Source of the DNA: Candidatus Poribacteria bacterium | GTDB lineage: Bacteria; Poribacteria; WGA-4E; PCPOR2b | Length of the DNA: 64,000 nucleotides | NCBI GenBank assembly: GCA_965116925.1 | Contig: OZ220744.1 | Coordinates: forward strand, 224,001 to 288,000 | Reading direction: 5' to 3' | In this document: piece by piece, positions 1-9,979 of the stretch | How the letters are laid out: each line of letters opens with the position of its first letter | Position numbering within the stretch: position 1 is the stretch's first letter | Notes under the pieces: generated by a model | Told to the model about the DNA's origin: nothing | Database searches by the model: none | The model's input: only the letters and a program-made list of their open reading frames with translations | Translations under genes and position numbers: made by a program

Positions 1-483
1 GAGGAACGATTGCAGGAAGGGAAACCTTGTCAGCAGCTTTTTCGTCAGCGTCATCACGGGGAGCATACGTTTCGGCAATGCTAGCTTGTTCCAATCAAAG
101 TCGCCGAAAGCTGCATAGGAAAGTTTAATCAAGGCAAGGTTCAGCGGATATGCAGGGATACGTGCGAGGACTCCAGCAAGTTGCGGGCTGGGTTGCCGTT
201 GCCAAACCTGTTCTAAAATGAGTTGTGCAAACAGTGTCGCCTCTCGGTTTGGTTGATTGGCTGCATCAAGTCCCCATGTGCCGTCTGGATTCTGATGTTT
301 AATTAACCAATCGATTAATCCATCATCCGGCAACTGATCTTGGGCAAAGAGCACCCAAGCATAGGCGCAAGTAGGGAAGGTACTTGAAGAGAGTTGCCCC
401 TCAAAATTGCCCGCGGAATTTTGCTGCTGTCTTAAAAAAGCAGTTCCCCGATGCAACGCAGATTTTACTTCTTCTTTCGTCAT
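1..483 (-). CDS. Squalene-hopene/oxidosqualene cyclase-like (prenyltransferase repeat) protein, N-terminal part, runs off the window
   Basis: Not in the ORF track. Manual translation from ATG 483 is open to base 1: MTKEEVKSALHRGTAFLRQQQNSAGNFEGQLSSS...LIDWLIKHQNPDGTWGL, with two QW-type motifs as in triterpene cyclase N-termini. Confidence 0.7.
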   Translation of the reverse strand, partial: MTKEEVKSALHRGTAFLRQQQNSAGNFEGQLSSSTFPTCAYAWVLFAQDQLPDDGLIDWLIKHQNPDGTWGLDAANQPNREATLFAQLILEQVWQRQPSPQLAGVLARIPAYPLNLALIKLSYAAFGDFDWNKLALPKRMLPVMTLTKKLLTRFPFLQSFL

Positions 484-584
484 GTGAGTCGCCGTCCGTC
501 AGATCTGAATTGGTGGACATAGGTCAAGTTACCCCCACCGATATAGGGTTGTCAGTTTTGCAGAATAGGCTGAGTTGTTTGAAG

Positions 585-2201
585 TCAGTGTCCCACAAGA
601 ATTGACTGTGAGTAACCCTTAAATTCCGTCCACACTTCCTCGATGATTAACTTGCACATTGCCGCAATCGGAACTGCCATTAGCAAACCGATTAAACCGA
701 GTAACTGCTCACCGAGCAATACCACGACAATTGTTGTCACGGGCCCCAATTCAACACTTTTGCCTATTATCAATGGTGTAATAACCGCATTGTCGATGAT
801 TTGTATCACAAGCGTCAGAATGATAACAGCTAGTAGACTCCAACCAGGTCCGAATCGAGTACCTAAAAAGACAACAATAATTGCAGGAATCGCCCCAATG
901 AATGGGCCGATATACGGAATCAAATTCGCCAGTCCAGCGATAATCCCGATAAGAAGTGCAAACCGTAGGTCTAAAACCCAATATCCAATTGCGGCAATTA
1001 TTGAGATTATTATTGTCTGAATCAAACGACTACGCAGGTAATCGCCCAACTGACGATCAAGTGCCTGAATCAGCACCAAAGCCGGTTCAAAGAAACGATT
1101 CGGCACTATCTGAATCAGGGCTTTCTTCATCTGATCACCGCTATTAAGAAGAAAAAAGGTTAAAAATAGGATAATGACACCGGTTGTAAATGCTGAAAAC
1201 GCGCCTCTCGCAGAGCTACCAATTACATTGAAAATCGACTGAGATTGTCCAATCACAAATCCCAAAATTTTTTCTTGCACCTGTCCAACAAGAGCATTAA
1301 CCTGTTCGCGGTTGATTGTGTGAACAGGTTTTTGCTCAGAGATTCCCATCGAGGTTTCTAGGCTTTCAGTTCCCCCAAGATAGTTGATTACGGGGAGGCG
1401 AAAGGGCTTGGGAATTAGATTCAACGCTGTTGTGGCTGTATCAACAAGGTTTTCAAGATCGACAAGATGTGCAAGTGTTTTGTAAACTTTGAGTTGATTG
1501 TCTTCTTTCCTAATATCGTATATCCGGCGATTCCCGGTGTCGTTCAGTTTCCATCTGTTGCCTGTTTCTTCAACAACAATTGCTGCATTCTGAGAAAGCG
1601 TAACACCCTCTTCCTCAAACTTCTGTCGTAGATCCTCTGGAATTTCGCTCCGGTCGAAACTATCTTCAAACCCCGTACCCACGTTCAACACCACTTCACT
1701 GAACTTCCTTATCTGTCCGGTGATGCTATTAACAGTCACTGTTGAAAGGAAAGCAAAACTGCTGAGCATTAATAGCGTTATGATAATGACCACAAGGGTC
1801 CGGTTGATTCCCTTCTGCTCGATGAGATTTACAATTGGACTAAAAATGTAAGCAATCAGGAACGAGATCGCTACCAGTGCGAGGATATCCTTGAGCAGAT
1901 AGACAACACCAATAAAAATTGCGAGCGAAATCAATATTGTACCAAAGGCGATAACTTTCAGAGAGGCATTCGTTACCCGTGCTTGACGGGTCTGTTCGCG
2001 GCTTTCTCGGACGACCAACCGGATATCTGACGTCATTGTTTCAACATTTTGTTTCAACGGAATAATCGTCTCTCTGGCGAGCGTTGCCGTTTGGGCGTGT
2101 AACTGCTCCGTATTAATTTGACTGGGGGGATCAATCGTCTTAGAAGTCGTTTCTTCAGTGGGTGGGTGGGGCGGCGTATCGCGATTAGCAGAGCCGTTCA
2201 T
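585..2201 (-). CDS. AI-2E family transporter with an extra soluble insertion
   Basis: Multiple TM helices; GLANLIPYIGP, QIIDNAVITPLIIG and GLLMAVPIAA motifs. Confidence 0.9.
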   Translation of the reverse strand: MNGSANRDTPPHPPTEETTSKTIDPPSQINTEQLHAQTATLARETIIPLKQNVETMTSDIRLVVRESREQTRQARVTNASLKVIAFGTILISLAIFIGVVYLLKDILALVAISFLIAYIFSPIVNLIEQKGINRTLVVIIITLLMLSSFAFLSTVTVNSITGQIRKFSEVVLNVGTGFEDSFDRSEIPEDLRQKFEEEGVTLSQNAAIVVEETGNRWKLNDTGNRRIYDIRKEDNQLKVYKTLAHLVDLENLVDTATTALNLIPKPFRLPVINYLGGTESLETSMGISEQKPVHTINREQVNALVGQVQEKILGFVIGQSQSIFNVIGSSARGAFSAFTTGVIILFLTFFLLNSGDQMKKALIQIVPNRFFEPALVLIQALDRQLGDYLRSRLIQTIIISIIAAIGYWVLDLRFALLIGIIAGLANLIPYIGPFIGAIPAIIVVFLGTRFGPGWSLLAVIILTLVIQIIDNAVITPLIIGKSVELGPVTTIVVVLLGEQLLGLIGLLMAVPIAAMCKLIIEEVWTEFKGYSQSILVGH

Positions 2202-2878
2202 TGGTTATCTTCCTCTCCGAAGGCTTCCGGGTTGATAGAATCCGGTGCTTCAAGCTCCAACCCTGATCCGCCAATGAAGGGTTTATTGGAGGCTACATCT
2301 TTATCTTCCTTGTTTGTGCTTGATGCTGCTGAGAGTTGTGCCTTCAAACGACCAATTTCTGCCTGTGCCTTTTCAAATTCACTGTGTATAAACCGAAAAC
2401 GTGCCGTGAGAATTTGACCTAACTTGAAGATGACTTTGGAGGCCAACCTTGGATTTGAGCTCATTAGCTCAAGTAGTTCTGGACGAAAAAAACCGATAAC
2501 ACTTGAGTCGAGAGTCGCTTTAACTGTGGCTGTCCGTGGAGAACTGTCCAACAACCCGACATCACCAAATAATTCGCTATTTTCTAAGGTTGTTAGGTGG
2601 AGGATTGTGCCATCTTCTAAGGCTTTGGTAACTTCTGCTTGGCCGTCCACCATGATATACATTCCTGCTGCGTTTTGCCCTTCGTGGATAATGACTTCCC
2701 CCACCCTATAATGTCGCTGGTAAGCGATTCGTGCGATGTTTTGAATTTCACGATGGCTCAATTCCTCAAAAACAGGGACTCCCTTGAGGACCTCAATAAT
2801 ACTCCGCTCAACCTTTGCTTTACTCTCTCTATCAAAGATCGCACCCCATGTCGCATCGGTCTGTTTCATTTTTGCCAT
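2198..2878 (-). CDS. Cyclic nucleotide-binding domain protein
   Basis: IIHEGQ..MYIMVDG..FGDVGLLDSSPRTATV; no HTH; overlaps the AI-2E start by 4 nt. Confidence 0.9.
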   Translation of the reverse strand: MAKMKQTDATWGAIFDRESKAKVERSIIEVLKGVPVFEELSHREIQNIARIAYQRHYRVGEVIIHEGQNAAGMYIMVDGQAEVTKALEDGTILHLTTLENSELFGDVGLLDSSPRTATVKATLDSSVIGFFRPELLELMSSNPRLASKVIFKLGQILTARFRFIHSEFEKAQAEIGRLKAQLSAASSTNKEDKDVASNKPFIGGSGLELEAPDSINPEAFGEEDNQ

Positions 2879-2965
2879 AATGGTTCCCCTTCTGCTATCT
2901 GTTTCCCTTATCCTATAAATTTTATTATACCTTGCAACCCCCTGTCAAGCAGAATACTCATTTGA

Positions 2966-3191
2966 TAGGGCTATTTAGTTTTCCGTTTTTTGACTAATTT
3001 CGGAATGCCCCGAATCCGTAGGCGGGGCATCTGGTCTCTCCGCCGTAGCCTTGACCGGGAGATCGAACTACAAGAGAATTATAGTGAATTCAAAAAATAA
3101 ATAGATACTTTTGCCCCCCGGTAGGTGCAGTTTGCAACCGCACCGATTTGGCGTGTCCCATTAATTCTAAGATTCACTATAAATGACTCTA
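2966..3191. mobile_element. MITE family 2 (TAGGGCTATTTAG...AAATGACYCTA), interrupted by a family 1 MITE
   Basis: Ends match the copies at 37358-37561 and 56563-56685; flanks TCATTTGA/TCATTTGG. Confidence 0.7.
3080..3181. mobile_element. MITE family 1 (TATAGTGAATT...ATTCACTATA) with TA target duplication
   Basis: Terminal inverted repeats; four copies in the window; internal GTAGGTGC...GCACC palindrome. Confidence 0.85.
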
Positions 3192-3359
3192 TCATTTGGG
3201 ATAAATGGGTTTGCTAGACTAACACGATTATTATTGAACGCAAATGAGACAGCATTGTCCCTAATTATTGAGAGCAAATCTGGAAAAACTTCCATAGAAT
3301 TAGAGGACTGCCCCAAGGTTAAAGTAGAAAACCGGCATTGAATTGAGGAAATTAAAGAC

Positions 3360-3388
3360 TTGACAAAAAGTTGTATCTCCTTTAGAAT
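3360..3388 (+). promoter_or_regulatory. sigma70-type promoter of the first STAS gene
   Basis: TTGACA-N17-TAGAAT. Confidence 0.7.
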
Positions 3389-3661
3389 AAGAGATGTTTA
3401 GCGGAACAAAAAACTATACTCCGCGTCGGATAAAATTGCGCTTTTGAAGGCGACGCTCATCGCTTCGACGAGTGCTGTTCAGGTTCTAAAACCTGAATAA
3501 CATTTGAGGGCAGGTTTTGCGAAGTATCTCTGACGTTGAGAGTTTTGACTTTGTTTAATGAGGGGTTTCAAGCCTCAAGATAACAAGCAAAAAGCACAGT
3601 TTCTGGCGGCAGGCAGTAATATGACCATAATATTTGAGATTGAAACATAGGAGGAAAGCCA

Positions 3662-4012
3662 ATGGCTGTCGATATTCGTCAAAGAGATGATGTAGTCATC
3701 TTAAAACCCAAGGGCAAGGTTATTGGAAGAGCTGTTCGCGATCTCAGCACCGCGATTAACGAGGAAAACGCAAAGATTTCCGGTGTGCCGAAATTTGTAT
3801 TTGATTTTGCTGATGTTTCAATGATGGATAGTTCTGGACTCGGAACCCTGCTGGGAGCGCACGTATCCATTATGCAAAAAGGCGGTCGAGTTGCAGTTAT
3901 CAACGTCAGTGAGAAGAACGTCAAAAGCCTCATTATCAGGAGTCGATTAATCTCCACATTTGAACATTTCGGCAGTGAGGATGAAGCGATTGCTGCACTT
4001 GCTGATAAATAA
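3662..4012 (+). CDS. STAS anti-sigma factor antagonist 1
   Basis: MMDSSGLGTL phosphoacceptor motif; AGGAGG RBS. Confidence 0.9.
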   Translation: MAVDIRQRDDVVILKPKGKVIGRAVRDLSTAINEENAKISGVPKFVFDFADVSMMDSSGLGTLLGAHVSIMQKGGRVAVINVSEKNVKSLIIRSRLISTFEHFGSEDEAIAALADK

Positions 4013-4333
4013 AAAAACACCTTCCTTACCCAGATAGATTTACTAGTGTAGCTTCTATCCAATCTCTCCATCCTCAATCTGTCAGGATTTGGGAGTTGGT
4101 GTCTCAAATTGAAAATAAGTCCAGAGAATTTATTGTCAGTGTGATAGTAAGTGCTTGATTGCTGGCGCTTTAACTCGCCGAGAGGAGCCCGGTTAAAGCG
4201 TCAGTTTCCCCTCAAGTATTATCTGTTATCTCGTTGACTGATACGGTTTTCAAAATAGGTAGGTATGTTTCCGTGTGAAAGACTCAGGTTCTTTCGTCTA
4301 GGTGAGCGGCTACATCAAATATGAGGCATTTGA

Positions 4334-6157
4334 ATGCAGACTGATTTAGCTGAACAAGACATGCAGCGACTAATTCTGGGTCTGTCTGAGATTGAAGCGG
4401 TTAGTAAAGCCATCGTTTCTGGGCAAAGCAACTTTGATGCATCGAGCCAAGCCTATCTGCGAATGGTCCTCAAAACGTTGCAGGCATCCACGGGGGCTAT
4501 ATTGCGCTTCAATTCCCTAGAGGGTTTGCTTGCCATCGAAACATCAATTAATATCGCAGACCAGTCTGCCTATGAAGCGTTAATCATTCCGATTATACCT
4601 GATGAAATTGGTATCATGCTTCAGTGTTCTCCTTTTGATGTGTCCCAGCCTCCTTCCCCTCTAAAATCGTTCTTGAATAAAATTCAGCCACAGCTGCGAG
4701 TTCTAAATACAACCTTCTGGGCACCGTTAAAAATTCACGGAGAATTTCTCGGTGTTATCAGCCTTGGCGAATTTGCGGCTGACTTCAAAGATGCAAGGTG
4801 GATGCCAGATCTACTAAATATCCTCGCCGACCATATCTCAATTGCGATTATACATTCCCGATCTCAAGAGGATATGCGCGCCGCCAAATTTCGCCTCTTT
4901 ATGCTTTCTGACATAACTGCCCAAATTGCTAAATTGCTCGACACACAACAGCTAGAAGAAGAGGTTGTCAATCATGCTGTAAGCCTGCTAGACGCCAAAG
5001 CGGGTTGTCTGATGCTTATTAATACAGCTACACGGCAACTTGAAACCAAAAATCGTTTCGTGCATAATTTACAACTTCCCTCTGACCCGCACGATTTTTC
5101 GATTCCTTTAGAATCTAATCGAGAGATACACCCTACACTGTCTATGTTTCGTGAAGTGGCGACGGAAGGGAGAATGCAGATTCATAACGACCAAGAAACC
5201 GCTATGTTGTTTGGTGAAAAGAATCTGATAGCAGTTCCAGTTTTTGGACGTGAAATTTTGGGAATACTCGCTGTTTTCACTAAAGAAGATCGAACCGGTA
5301 TCACACTAGAGTTTACCGATGAAGATGGAATTCTATTTGAAGCCTTCGCTACACAAGTTGGGGTGGCAATCGAAAATGCGAGGCTTTATCAAGAAGCTAT
5401 TGAGAAACGTCGATTACAGATGGAAATGGAAGAAGCAGCAAAAATTCAGGAAAATCTGCTGCCAAAAGCATCTCCAGAGATTCCAGGCTATGAAGTTAGT
5501 GGGCTGAGTATACCGCGTCAAGATGGTGTCGGGGGAGACTATTATGATTACATTCAGGAGCCAGATGGATCGTGGGGATTAGTCATTGCTGATGTTGCAG
5601 GCAAAGGCATGCAAGCAGCTTTGTTAATGGCAACGCTTCGTGCGGGCTTGCTTTCGGAGGTTGCTAAACACGCAGACCTGACGGCGAAGGCAATGGCACT
5701 GAATGCCCTTATCAGCGAGAGTAGCCCAATTGACAAATACGCAACACTTGTTTACGCGCGATTACACCCAGAAACAGGCAAACTTACTTCACTGAATGCG
5801 GGGCATAACTCTCCACTGATTGTACGGAAGGAGGGCAGCATACAAAGACTAGATGCAGGCGGCCTAATGATAGGTATGTATCCTGACCATCTGCTTCGTC
5901 AGATGTTAGAATATGAAGAGGAAACGGTTCAACTTTACAGCGGAGATATGGTGTTATTTTATACCGATGGGGTCACCGAAACGGAAAATATCCATGAAGA
6001 GATGTATGACGAAGAGCGATTAGAGGAACTTATAAAACAACTCCGCTACGCGAATGCCAACAAAATCTGTACAGAAATTTATAACGCAACACTAGCGTTC
6101 CAAGGCGAAGCCCAACGCTTTGACGATTTTACGTTGATAGTACTCAAGAAAAAATGA
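4334..6157 (+). CDS. GAF-GAF-SpoIIE (PP2C) phosphatase, RsbU-like
   Basis: VAIENARLY, VGGDYYD, IADVAGKG, YTDGVTE, DDFTL. Confidence 0.92.
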   Translation: MQTDLAEQDMQRLILGLSEIEAVSKAIVSGQSNFDASSQAYLRMVLKTLQASTGAILRFNSLEGLLAIETSINIADQSAYEALIIPIIPDEIGIMLQCSPFDVSQPPSPLKSFLNKIQPQLRVLNTTFWAPLKIHGEFLGVISLGEFAADFKDARWMPDLLNILADHISIAIIHSRSQEDMRAAKFRLFMLSDITAQIAKLLDTQQLEEEVVNHAVSLLDAKAGCLMLINTATRQLETKNRFVHNLQLPSDPHDFSIPLESNREIHPTLSMFREVATEGRMQIHNDQETAMLFGEKNLIAVPVFGREILGILAVFTKEDRTGITLEFTDEDGILFEAFATQVGVAIENARLYQEAIEKRRLQMEMEEAAKIQENLLPKASPEIPGYEVSGLSIPRQDGVGGDYYDYIQEPDGSWGLVIADVAGKGMQAALLMATLRAGLLSEVAKHADLTAKAMALNALISESSPIDKYATLVYARLHPETGKLTSLNAGHNSPLIVRKEGSIQRLDAGGLMIGMYPDHLLRQMLEYEEETVQLYSGDMVLFYTDGVTETENIHEEMYDEERLEELIKQLRYANANKICTEIYNATLAFQGEAQRFDDFTLIVLKKK

Positions 6158-6229
6158 CGCCACCCAAGGTGCCATATATCCGTATGATAATCTAAAGTCG
6201 AGACGGAAAAATGAAGGAGGGAAACCACC

Positions 6230-8878
6230 ATGACTATTCCTGCCGATACCATTGAGCGTGATCGCTTTTTTACCCTATCGCTGGATATGCTGTGTATCGC
6301 CGGTTTCGATGGTTACTTCAAGGAACTGAACCCAATGTGGGAAAAGACGCTCGGCTTTACAGTGGAGGAGCTTAAAACTAAGCCATTCATCGAGTTTGTT
6401 CACCCTGAAGACCAGGAATCGACAATTGCTGAAGCCCAGAAAATCATGACAACCGGTGAAGATGTCGTTTCCTTTGAAAATCGTTACTTGTGCAAAGACG
6501 GTTCGTATAAATGGCTCTTATGGAGTTCAACGGTATCCATGGAAGAGCAGTTGTATTATGCCGTTGCAAGAGACATTACCGAACGTAAGCTAGCAGAAGT
6601 CCACTATCGTGACCTATACGAAAACGCGCCAGATATGATGGCTGTCGTTGATCTGGTTACCGGAAACATTCTAGAGTGTAACCAAACCCTTGCAGATGTT
6701 ATCGGGCGCAGCAAAGAGGAGATTACAGGCAACTCTTTCTTGGATCTATATGCTTCCGAATCAATAGATGCTGCACAGCAAACGTCCCAAGCATTCGTCG
6801 AAACAGGTGAGGTTATCAGGCAGGAACGGACCCTGCGCCGGGCAGACGGCAGCACCGTTGACGTGCTGCTGCAAGCGACACCTATGCGTGACGCAACAGG
6901 CAGGATTGTCGCAAGTCGATCAACGTGGCGAGACGTGACCAAGCAAAAAGAAGCCGAAAGGGCGCTAGCTTCCCAAGAAGCACTCTATCGGACGCTCATC
7001 GAAGCAGCGCCACAGGTTATTTGGGTTGCAGACGCTGATGGTCAGGTTGCCCTTCTCAACAAAGCTTGGCATGAGTTTTCGGGACTCTCCGACGAGGAAT
7101 CATTAGGGACCCGGTGGGCAGAAGCGTTGCACCCGGAAGATCTTCCGGACGTACTCGCAAAATGGGAACGCGCATATACACATGGCGAGAGATATAGCGG
7201 CGAGTGTCGGTTTCGAGCTAAGGATGGCTCGTATAAAACTTTTATCTTTATCGGTACTCCTGTTCGGGACGATTCGGGGAAAATTATCAATTGGGTTGGT
7301 ATTAATACTAACATTGCGGATCGAGTACAGGCTGAAATCGCATTGCAGGAAGCCAAAGATGCCGCTGAGTACGCAAACCGCGCCAAGAGTGAATTTCTTG
7401 CCACCATGAGTCACGAACTCCGTACGCCGTTAAACGCAATTATCGGATTTTCCGAGATTTTGCGTGATGAAATCATAGGCACCATTAACGATGAGCAGAA
7501 AGAGTTAGTCCTCGACATCCATACCAGCGGAAATCATCTCCTTGCTATGATTAACGATATCCTTGATTTGTCAAAAATTGAGGCTGGTAAAATGGATCTG
7601 CAACTAGAGCAGTTCTCCGTTCAGGAAGCAGTGACAGAGGTCAATACTATCATTAATGCCCTTGCAAATAGGAAGCAAATCCAACTCACCCTCGAATTGG
7701 ATCGGGATGTCTGGATAGAAGCAGACAAGATCAAATTCAAGCAAATCCTCTATAATCTGCTTTCCAATGCCATCAAGTTCACCGATGAAGGTGGAAAAGT
7801 TACTACGAAGTTTGAAGTTTCTGATTCTGCGTTGCTGGGGAGTGTGACTGATACCGGTGTGGGCATCTCGCCACAGGATCGGGCAAAATTGTTTCAACCC
7901 TTCACACAACTCGACGCTTCAAGCACCCGTGCACATAGTGGAACTGGATTGGGATTAGCCTTGACCAATCGGCTAATTCAGTTACATGGAGGAAAGATTT
8001 GGGTTGACAGCGAGATAGACGAAGGAAGCACCTTTTCCTTCACGTTCCCGTTACACCAACAGGAACAAAAGGTTGAAGTCACTGCACCAGATGCCTCTAA
8101 TTCTGAAACTACCGTCGCTTCTAGTAGCAACCGCACCATCTTAGTTGCTGAGGATAACGCACAAGCCTCCCAACTTTTGGGAATTTACTTGACGGAAGCA
8201 GGGTATCAAGTAGAGTATGCCACAGATGGTGAAGAAGCCATCGCAAAAGCTGCTGGAATACAACCTTTCGCGATCACGCTTGACATTCTGCTACCGAAAA
8301 AGGATGGTTGGCAAGTGTTGAGAGAAATGAAGACGAAACCAAACTTGCAATCGATTCCGGTCATCATCATTTCGGTAACCGAAGAACGTCAACTAGCGTT
8401 TGGATTGGGAGCGGTGGACCATCTAGTCAAACCTATTGATAAAGAAGCACTTCTCACTTCGCTCCAATCTCTAAAACTGCCCAGCCGCGACGGTTCACCT
8501 CGTATCCTTGTTGTTGACGACGATCCGCAGACGGTGCGTCTGCTGTCCACTGTACTGACCAACGATGGGTATGAAGTCCTGAAGGTGTATGGGGGAAGCG
8601 AGGCGATTGAAACAGCAATTTCTCAATCGCCGGATCTAATTATTCTTGATATGATGATGCCTCAAGTGGATGGATTCCAAGTCATTCAGCATTTAACCGG
8701 TGATCCGCGAACCTGTGACATTCCTATTATTATCTGCACAGCGTTGGATCTCACTGACGAAGATCGAGATCGGCTCAACGGTCAGATTCAGTCAGTTATC
8801 CGAAAGACGGGCAACGTCAGAGAAGAACTGTTAGCCACAATCAAACGGATCGAACGTTTACGAACGCCAACTCAGTAA
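6230..8878 (+). CDS. Cytoplasmic hybrid histidine kinase (3 PAS/PAC, HisKA, HATPase, 2 receivers)
   Basis: FLATMSHELRTPLN, NLLSNAIKFT, GTGLGL; receivers ITLDILLP and IILDMMMP; no TM segment. Confidence 0.95.
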   Translation: MTIPADTIERDRFFTLSLDMLCIAGFDGYFKELNPMWEKTLGFTVEELKTKPFIEFVHPEDQESTIAEAQKIMTTGEDVVSFENRYLCKDGSYKWLLWSSTVSMEEQLYYAVARDITERKLAEVHYRDLYENAPDMMAVVDLVTGNILECNQTLADVIGRSKEEITGNSFLDLYASESIDAAQQTSQAFVETGEVIRQERTLRRADGSTVDVLLQATPMRDATGRIVASRSTWRDVTKQKEAERALASQEALYRTLIEAAPQVIWVADADGQVALLNKAWHEFSGLSDEESLGTRWAEALHPEDLPDVLAKWERAYTHGERYSGECRFRAKDGSYKTFIFIGTPVRDDSGKIINWVGINTNIADRVQAEIALQEAKDAAEYANRAKSEFLATMSHELRTPLNAIIGFSEILRDEIIGTINDEQKELVLDIHTSGNHLLAMINDILDLSKIEAGKMDLQLEQFSVQEAVTEVNTIINALANRKQIQLTLELDRDVWIEADKIKFKQILYNLLSNAIKFTDEGGKVTTKFEVSDSALLGSVTDTGVGISPQDRAKLFQPFTQLDASSTRAHSGTGLGLALTNRLIQLHGGKIWVDSEIDEGSTFSFTFPLHQQEQKVEVTAPDASNSETTVASSSNRTILVAEDNAQASQLLGIYLTEAGYQVEYATDGEEAIAKAAGIQPFAITLDILLPKKDGWQVLREMKTKPNLQSIPVIIISVTEERQLAFGLGAVDHLVKPIDKEALLTSLQSLKLPSRDGSPRILVVDDDPQTVRLLSTVLTNDGYEVLKVYGGSEAIETAISQSPDLIILDMMMPQVDGFQVIQHLTGDPRTCDIPIIICTALDLTDEDRDRLNGQIQSVIRKTGNVREELLATIKRIERLRTPTQ

Positions 8879-8892
8879 GCGGAGACACGCTC

Positions 8893-9264
8893 ATGAACAC
8901 CAAACGGGTTCTAGTGGTTGAAGACATAGAAATGAATCGAAAGATTGTACGGATCGTGTTAAATGCAAAGGGCTATGAAGTACTTGAAGCTGTTGATGCA
9001 GACGAAGCACTAGCGATATTACAAGCTAGACTACCGGATCTGATTCTGATGGATATTGCGCTTCCGGGCATTAGTGGGGAAGAATTGACTCGACAAATTA
9101 AAGCCAATTCCGAATGGCGTCATGTGCCAATTATTGCCTTCACTGCGGCAGCGATGAAAGGCGAACCAGAAAAATTTCGCGATGCAGGTTGTGATGACTA
9201 CATCAGCAAGCCAGTTGATACACATGCACTGGTGGATTTGGTGGAACATCATCTTAATGCGTAA
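8893..9264 (+). CDS. Single-domain response regulator (DivK/CheY-like)
   Basis: VLVVED, LILMDIALPG, YISKP. Confidence 0.93.
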   Translation: MNTKRVLVVEDIEMNRKIVRIVLNAKGYEVLEAVDADEALAILQARLPDLILMDIALPGISGEELTRQIKANSEWRHVPIIAFTAAAMKGEPEKFRDAGCDDYISKPVDTHALVDLVEHHLNA

Positions 9265-9336
9265 ACATGCAAATAGGCTGTGCTTTTCCAAGTACCCAAG
9301 TGGAGTAGAGGGCAGGATAGTCTACAAAAAAAACAA

Positions 9337-9366
9337 TTGACGCTCAATATGGGGCTATGATAAATT
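9337..9366 (+). promoter_or_regulatory. Putative sigma70-type promoter of STAS 2
   Basis: TTGACG-N18-TAAATT with upstream TG. Confidence 0.4.
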
Positions 9367-9546
9367 AAAAGATGTGGTTAATTATGGGAGAGATAAATCG
9401 GGGCGCAAATCTCTAGCTTGCAATTCGGAGAGTTACCGATTCGGAAATCTGCATTACGCCCCACTTACTCTCGAATCAGGCATACCTCTTAATAAACTGT
9501 AGCTACACCCCTTGGTTGCATATTTCTAATAGGAGTAGATTACATC

Positions 9547-9909
9547 ATGGATCTTTCAGTCAAATATCAAAATGAGAATGTTATTCTCCGTATTTCAGGT
9601 AGTATCCTCGGCGAAGATCGAATCCAACTGAGCGACAAAATTCAGGCGTTGGTTGATGGCGGTGGAAAAAATATCGTCCTGAATCTCCAAGATGTTGACT
9701 TAATGGACAGTGTTGGGTTGGGCATGCTGGTCGCCCTGCGTACTTCGTTGCAGCGACGCGAGGTGAAGTTGTTGCTTTCAAATGTTGACAGATCTGTCAG
9801 ATCGTTGCTGCTTATCACTAAGCTCAATAATGTCTTTGATCTCTATGATACTGAAGATGAAGCGTTAGCGGACCTCGGTAGTACAGATAAGGATCGGTTT
9901 ATGGTGTAA
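9547..9909 (+). CDS. STAS anti-sigma factor antagonist 2
   Basis: LMDSVGLGML; LITKLNNVF. Confidence 0.9.
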   Translation: MDLSVKYQNENVILRISGSILGEDRIQLSDKIQALVDGGGKNIVLNLQDVDLMDSVGLGMLVALRTSLQRREVKLLLSNVDRSVRSLLLITKLNNVFDLYDTEDEALADLGSTDKDRFMV

Positions 9910-9979
9910 TTTTCCTAAATATTCTCCAGATCTGTAAACCGTAATCAGTCCATGTCTCCTCTTGAAGGGCGCGAGAATA

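Noticed and set aside
9385..9465. c-di-GMP-I riboswitch-like GGGCGCAAA...GTTACC upstream of STAS 2
   Set aside because: The GGCAAAC/GAAA-tetraloop hairpin is missing; an Rfam scan would be needed
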